A program made the translations under genes and the position numbers. A model generated the notes under the pieces. It was not told where the DNA came from, ran no database searches, and worked only from the letters and a program-made list of their open reading frames with translations. From Vermamoeba vermiformis (Eukaryota): a DNA stretch of 64,000 nt. The stretch spans positions 186,001 through 250,000 of the forward strand of contig JBEWZL010000238.1 of NCBI GenBank assembly GCA_045837725.1, written 5' to 3'. Each line of letters begins with the position of its first letter. Positions within the stretch are counted from its first letter, which is position 1. Shown here one piece after another: positions 57,073 to 64,000 of this stretch.

Positions 57073-57441
57073 GTTTTGGAGCCAAAAGATGTCCATAGTT
57101 GGCCGTATTATTCTTGTAAAGTAAGTTAAATATCTTTTTAGTCATTTCAAAAAGAATTGAATATTTGACAGACGAACCATTTTTTACACTCAAATTCAAT
57201 TCGCCCAACATCGCGTATTATTTAACTAAGTCGTGCACACGGCATAGCGCCCCGAAGGTTGCCAAATGCACAACGGCCAAGGACAAATCCAGCAATAATT
57301 TTTCTAGATCCGTTTAGAAACTATTTGTTTTGACCCTCGAACTGGTTCCCGCTGAAGAAGAACTCCGTCCAACGAAGCACCACATCTCGCTTCAGTCTAT
57401 ATGAGCCGCTCGTTGCGGTTTGACCTCGCCGCCCAACAACC

Positions 57442-57526
57442 GCACCTATGGCCGAGTTGGTCTAAGGCGTTAGACTCAAGTTCTAATGGGGGTAACTCCG
57501 CGTGGGTTCGAATCCCACTGGGTGCA
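57442..57526 (+). tRNA. tRNA-Leu (CAA)
   Basis: Acceptor stem GCACCTA/TGGGTGC; anticodon arm TTAGA-CTCAAGT-TCTAA; long variable arm; GTTCGAATC; downstream T-run. Confidence 0.95.
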
Positions 57527-57768
57527 AGCAATTAATTTTTTTTGCCCTCAGCAACTCTGTTTTTACTTGACGAATCAACCGGCGATGACTAAGGGCCATA
57601 ATGGTCAGATCTAATGATTCGATTTTTTGCGGATCTGTGTGTGTACCATGACACGCAGGATTACTTGTGCAGGCCTTCGCGCTTACTATAGTACTCCTTA
57701 TTGTAAAATTTAATTGTACAGTTTGTAATCGGCTAATTATTTTGATTAATTTTTTTTATCTGACGCGG

Positions 57769-58380
57769 TTACAATTTAGATCGGAGAAATGCTTTGATTT
57801 GCTTGTCAAATCCAGTATTATCAGGAGATACGGATGACAATAAGTCAATAACGTCGTCCGCTGTAGTAATATCGAGTCGCATAATGTCGAAAGCTATGTT
57901 GCTTTTAAGCGCCACGATCCAACTAATTTCTTCGGTATTATTTGCTTCATCTGCTTTATTCTTATTTTTCGCAGTAATCTCCTCTAATTGCTGTAATGTT
58001 TCTTGCATTTTAGAGAGCGGATCTGGCTCAGTGTTTCTTTTTTGAATGACAGATTCGCGGATTTGCATTTAGCGCTCGATTATAAATAGCACTTCCTCTT
58101 CAAGAGTTTTTTCTCGATTTATTCTATGTTTTTCTAGTAATTTTGAGGCTCTATTAAGCCATGTGTCATTGTTGAGCTGAATTTCGGCGTCTGAAAATAG
58201 ATCGAATGATAAATTTAATCCACAAATGCTTAATTTCTCGTGTAAGAGCTTAAATAGTACATCTCGCGCTCCTTTAATATCTTTTTCGTCAATTAATCGC
58301 TGAACTTCTACAAACTCGTCTGGAACATTCTCTTCTTTTGCAATTTCTAATCCAAGTTTCGCCCACGCATCTTCATCCAT
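57769..58380 (-). pseudogene. Intronless helical hypothetical protein interrupted by one in-frame TAA (58071-58069), or two abutting small ORFs
   Basis: ORFs 58069..58380 and 57769..58068 are in the same frame: GAG CGC TAA ATG CAA. Confidence 0.5.
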
Positions 58381-59252
58381 TTGTTATAATATAATTTACT
58401 AGAATTAATTTTATTAATATTATCTCGTAAATTGAAGCCGCTTAGTGAAGATCTTGATAATTAATAAATAATTTGGTAAGATCCAATGATAATTATCCAA
58501 TTGTGGCATATCAATACGGCAACTTTAGACTAAAGATTAATACTTTGTGAAGTGTTGCATTGTTCGACAAGGGGAAAAAATCTCGCGAACCAATCACTTA
58601 ATTTAAGACTCCACGACGATTTTCTCTGTGACGCTCTGACCCGACTTTCTTTATTGAGCCGCCCTTGGATTGACACGAAGCGAAGACAATTGATCTTGGT
58701 CGTACAAGTGGAAGTCCAGATCCATCGAATTGCCGGCATCATCAGCTTCAGAATCAAAACTACTGTGTCTTCAGCTGTGTTTGCAACAGCCATCGATATA
58801 GACGTAGATTACTTGCTACTCAAATCATTGTGCCGAGGTCTCCATCCAGGGTGCTTGACTAACTGAACGATACAGATTGAGTACAAGTAGTCGTGATGTA
58901 GAAATGCTTTCGATATAGGTCTGTACAGTTGGTAAGATCCGATGTAAGGCACTAAATAGAAGCAAAAGAAGCCGTAGAATGATTCACACCGGTGCCGTGC
59001 GCCGTAGAACTTTCTTTTGCGAGGCATTGAATGCTCCACCAATGAAAGCAGTCCAAAATCGAAATTTCGGAGCTCGGAACATAGAGTTTCTAATCGCGAT
59101 GTGCTTTCCGAACTACCTCCGCGGCGAATCAATTGAAGGCAGGTCTTAACAGCCATTAAGCCTCGATGTGGATCTGACCTGCAAATTTTAGGCCAAACCA
59201 AGTCGAACCCTCTAAGTGAGTGTTATGATGTTAATTTGAGTTTTATAACTAT

Positions 59253-62200
59253 TTACAAGTGATACGGATACTGCACGGGATCAAAAAACTGATCCACCGC
59301 TGCAATCTCGTGCCAGAACGGTTCTGATTTGTTGGCTTTGTATTTGTCCAAGTCGATTGTAAACCGTTGTTCCTCGCAACCATATGGCGTAGGCGTCAAT
59401 CTAATAATAATAAATTAATATATATTGTTCATATTGAATTTGATATTAATACGTACTTGATTACGGTATTTAAGGGAATATCGAGAATTGGCAGCTGATC
59501 TATCGGAACTTCTCTAAAGTAACTGTAAAGTGTCCTAATTACTGCTCGATGTGATATAATTAATACGGGCGTCTTTGCACGTTCTAATTCGATGATAACA
59601 GGCTATAATAATAAACTTAATGGAGTTCAACGAATCCAGTTAGAACAAATATTCTTACCTTTAATCGATTGATAACATCTAAATATGACTCTCCTCCGTT
59701 AGGATATCTATAGCGAAGCTTATCTTTTTGTCGTGCTTCAAATTCCTGCAAAAAAAAAATTGTTAGTGTAACGGATCGAGAATGCGCATAAAGGTTTGAA
59801 ATTTGGAACTTACTACTGGCATTTCAGCCTTGACTTCTTCATAGCTCATGCCTTCGCATAGACCAGCGTAGATCTCGTTCAACATGCGCATCGCTTTGAG
59901 ATGCTTCGCGAATGGTTTGAGTGGTTGCGCTGTTTGGTACGTGCGTTGCAGCGATGAGTGCCACAGTTGAAGATTGTCCAAATTTTGACTCAGAACTACA
60001 CGGAAATTTGTGTTAGTAAGCACGTAAAAGAGCGATGCAAACCGATTGGCGAGACCTCAAACGATAAAAATTTTTCCGTCACGTAACGCGAATTGTTACT
60101 TCGAAATAGTATTAATATTGTGCTTAGGAGGACCAAAAAGAGAACAAACCGACAAGAGCAAAAGGCAAAAAACAAATTCCGATACCGGGAGTCGAACCCG
60201 GGTTTCATGGGTGAGAGCCATGTGTGCTGCCGCCTACACCATATCGGAATGGTTGAGAGCTCGAGCAAAATTTTTAGCACCTCCTTTGTAACGAGATAAT
60301 CAAGCAGGCCCGTGCGGCGCTACGGGCGCAAATACGTAATTGCGCTCATTGCAACAAGCCTTATGCCGCAGTATGGTTCTTATTGTACGTTGCAAGTGAA
60401 TGCCAAATACGTTGTCTCTGTCAAAATCAGTCTGTGTCGACCCAAGCATCGCTACAATTTGTCGTGGTGTTAAAAGTACCACGGTCCTCTGGTACGCCGA
60501 ACGATAGAATACTTTGCCAAAGGAGGCGGGTGTATCTACGAACCACAATAATCTCAACCGAGTCCGACTTCGCCAAACCAAAAATTAACAAAAAAGCAAT
60601 GATATGTAATAGGTCAAAGAGCAAAAAATGAATTCCGATACCGGGAGTCGAACCCGGGGCCCCTGGGTGAAAACCAGAAATGTTAACCACCTACACCATA
60701 TCGGATGTTGATGCTCGGTTTTTCGGCTGCCAATGGACCCCTTTATAAGGAAAATAGGCTAATTTTTGGGTTGTCTTCGTGCCCCGAAAGTTACTACACC
60801 CTCACCGCAAGATCGAAACATTGCCCGCCGAAAAAGTTTGCCCGTGACTCCCAATTTCATGATCGTGCCATAAAAGTAGAGAAAAATACTGTGGCGAATA
60901 GAATAACTTACTGAAATCGCGCAGAGCTTCGCCAAACAAAAATCCAGTTTGATTCAATGGCGCATCGCCTCCAAGAACTCCTCTATAATTAGCTTGATTA
61001 ATTGACGCTTACTTCAAGTATAATACTATACTATAACGTACTTGACGTTATCAGCGGTCTCGCCGTGTCGTGTCAGCCAAATCGTTCTGGGCTCGATGTG
61101 ATAGTTCATCAAATAGAACACAATTTCACCCGACAAATAGCCGCTGATGTTATTTGCAATCACTCGTTTGCCAACATTAATAAGCTATAGTTTAATACCG
61201 CATTAGTATTCGTAGCTTTGCTAGAACGGATCCCGTTCAATTTATGCATAAATAAATTTTCCATGCGTACCTTAATGTATGGCAGATCCGCGTCTTTTAC
61301 ATCGTCTAATGCTTCATAAGCTCGTTCATAATTTTTTAATCGTTCTAAGAAATCTTTTCGTGCCTCCTCTGGTGGCATGTCTCTGCGATCAGATCCAATT
61401 AAGCACGTACAAGAAGGATATTACGATGCAATAGAACACGTACTTATAATCAGGAGACTTCAATTTCATTCTAATATTAGCTTCTAATATCTTCGGGTCG
61501 GTCAGATCTGACTCGATGAACAACACGCGAATATTTCGAAAATTTTTCATGTGCTCGAGCAATTTCTCTCTAAATAATATCAATTGGTATATTGCATATA
61601 GATGTAATATAAATACTTATAGATATGTTTGAAATTACCTTCTTTCGCGAGTTGAATTGGTTGCGTCGTGTATTGCGATCTGACCTTTCTCGTTCATAAG
61701 CCAATCAAGAAGTGACTCCAAAACCGTAATAGCCAACTATTTGAATAGAAGGTGTCGGCTACTATATATAAATAATGCTGATATAGCTTTACTTACGTCC
61801 TCACGGATTTTCTGGTTCTGCGGATCATTCGGATCGAAAAAATTCGAATCTTGATTTCCTCCAAGTCTTTTTCGGCGATAATTACCGACATTAAATACCT
61901 GTCGATATAGATATTATAATCCGATGTAATTAATCAATCCCGAGATCATTCGAAAATTAAAAATAAAATTGGTTGCAATTTTCCGGATTAGTGACGGAGT
62001 ATCGTAAATATCGAAATAAGTACCTGAGTATTATATCCAAGCCATGTTAAATACCGCGTGAGCTTCTTTGATATGTAAGACTTGCCTCTTGCGGGCAATC
62101 CGCTCATAAAAATTACCAACTTCTCATCTGAATTATAATCTTCATCTTTTGCAAAAATATTCGAAGTTCTTCGTGTAATACTCTTTCTATTTATCAAATT

Positions 62201-62254
62201 TACTATTAATATTGCTCTGAAAGCTCTGTCGCAGAAAAATTTTTTCAATTGCAT
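59253..62254 (-). CDS. PFKFB: 6-phosphofructo-2-kinase/fructose-2,6-bisphosphatase, multi-exon (start uncertain)
   Basis: [75 protein letters not shown]. Confidence 0.95.
60177..60248 (-). tRNA. tRNA-Glu (CTC), intronic
   Basis: TCCGATA/TATCGGA acceptor stem; CATGG-CTCTCAC-CCATG anticodon arm; GTTCGAC T-loop. Confidence 0.95.
60633..60705 (-). tRNA. tRNA-Glu (TTC), intronic
   Basis: TCCGATA/TATCGGA acceptor stem; TCTGG-TTTTCAC-CCAGG anticodon arm; GTTCGAC T-loop. Confidence 0.95.
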
Positions 62255-62575
62255 TATTATTAACCTTCGGGATCGTTTAAATATTATAGATAAAATTTAT
62301 TACATTATTCCTTTAGTAGAAAATTAATAACTGAGGCAAGCCCGAGTATTTTGAAGGAATAATAAATTTCAATATCTTTGAGGAACTTACGGAGAAGGTG
62401 TAAGCAAATTCATATTCGCAAATTAGTGCATTAAGTGTTGTCTTCACTTCATACTGAATTAAGATTTTGAAAAAATCGGGTGAAATGCTTTTTTTGACCG
62501 TTTTTTCTTGTGTTGCAAAATAACAGCGCCGGTCGAACACAAAACGGAATTGTAAAGCGGCGCTTTTGAGTTGTT

Positions 62576-64000
62576 ATGGATACTATTCCTAAAGAAGTGC
62601 AGTTGCATATATTATCATATTTGAGTTGGAACTTGAAGTAAGCGAAACTTACCATACATCTAGATTTTACTTTGTTTTTTAATAACGGTAATTAATGTAT
62701 TTAAATATTATTATAATTCTATTAATATTATACACGTGCGTTTAGCGAATAAATACATTGGATAACTATCAGTACCGTTTCTGTCGTTTTAACTTGATTT
62801 TTTCGTTAGCTTGACGTTGGTTTCTAAGAAATGGCGCAGATTATATTGGCACACTAGGGGGAATAATTTATCATATAGCAATGGTGCTCCAACAGCAAAT
62901 TATTGGCAGGAATTTTTTAGGGAGGTTGATCCTCACAGTATTAAACATCTGAGAGTGCGAATTCCTCATGTAGACAATACTATATTGCAAGATGGACTAT
63001 TATCGAAGCTATTATTCAATTTAGAAACGTTAATAGTCGACATTTTTCCGCCCAACAATTCGGATGTGTTTTTTGGTCAACTTCCGTCGCTTACTCGCTT
63101 ACGCACTTTGAAACTCGATAAACATAAAGGTACTTTACTTACTATAATGATCATATATCTTTTAAATAACAAGGTTTAATATTTCTCGAAACAGATTCAA
63201 GTCAGGTACTTAGCGCAGATTCGGTCTCAAAAATAGCAGCCTGTACAAAACTTGTGTCATTAGCGTTACCACATAATTACCGAGGATTGGCCGCACTGAC
63301 AGTACTGACTAATCTTCAGACCTAAAGTTTTTTTATTATGGAAATAGCGATGCACAACTTGAAGACGCACAAATATTAATGGATTCAATGACGCAACTAA
63401 AAAAATTGAACGTTGTTGTTAGGGAAGTAAGCGACATGTTCAATATTAAGAAAATAACTGGTTTGAAAGCATTCTCGGTCGAATTAAGTAAGTGCCCCAA
63501 AACTGAAATGCGATTATTTCCAAATTAGGAAGTTTTAATTAATCAAATTCTCGACGTGCTATGCACCTAATATATAACCTTAATTAATAAGGGATTTATT
63601 ATACAAAACTATTTTAAAGGATAGCGAAAAAAACATTTTCTTAATTAATTAATTTGCCTCGTATTATAGATGACCCATCAACGGACGACAATATACTAGA
63701 CGAAAGTAGAGGCTTTTCAATGGCCCCGCAGGTGATACTGGACAAATTGAAATTAACAAACGTCGCGTACATCGACGAAGTGGCAGGCTTGAGAAACACC
63801 AAAGAACTTCATTTCAAAGTTTTGGATGCAAATCATGCGCTGTACACGATTGATTTCGAGATGTTTAGACATATGACTAACTTGCAGGTGAGATTTTTTT
63901 AAACGAAAACAAAAAGTAGCTTATTCTCAATTTAAATGATCTAATTATGCTCATTTGCTTATTAGCGATGCTATCGTCACTTTTATTATTAGCTTATTGA
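62576..64000 (+). CDS. F-box + LRR-like protein (partial, runs off the right edge; apparent 1-nt frameshift near 63322)
   Basis: Spliced MDTIPKEVQLHILSYLSWNLN|LTLVSKKWRRL (F-box), then LxxLxxLxL repeats. Confidence 0.8.

Noticed and set aside
62449-62658. Possible upstream PFKFB exons on the minus strand
   Set aside because: They overlap the convincing F-box first exon on the plus strand (62576-62637).
58069-63325. Stop-codon reassignment suggested by in-frame TAA codons
   Set aside because: Most genes here end in TAA, and the 63323 case is a frameshift.

Overview
Gene-dense, AT-rich, intron-rich eukaryotic DNA of protist type (amoebozoan-like gene content; inferred, not proven). Introns are short with GTAAGT/GTACGT/GTATGT donors, and at least three are GC-AG. 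The standout is a tandem array at 1-6622 (minus strand, 2 complete copies and 1 partial). Each gene encodes a beta-rich N-terminal domain, a MYRF-type peptidase-S74 self-cleaving chaperone domain (intact SDxxxK), a coiled coil, one TM helix and a plant-type LRR ectodomain that differs between copies. These look like candidate LRR receptors that carry their own releasable effector or transcription factor. The rest of the window holds: an inverted pair of ABCC transporters (one with a frameshifting deletion), two small SAM-like genes, PQ-loop, rhomboid, a 1.1-kb non-autonomous TIR transposon with an 8-bp TSD, cytochrome P450, a PIN/AEC-family transporter, a degenerate Ras, a YqcI/YcgG-like protein, NOL11, a CPI-motif charged-helix protein, a Gfo/Idh/MocA oxidoreductase, a 2OG-Fe(II) oxygenase plus a pseudogene fragment, several surface or secreted proteins, a class C GPCR with a beta-helix ectodomain, tRNA-Leu, a PFKFB gene with two tRNA-Glu genes in one intron, and an F-box/LRR gene. 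All gene models were spliced by eye; CDS coordinates span introns.
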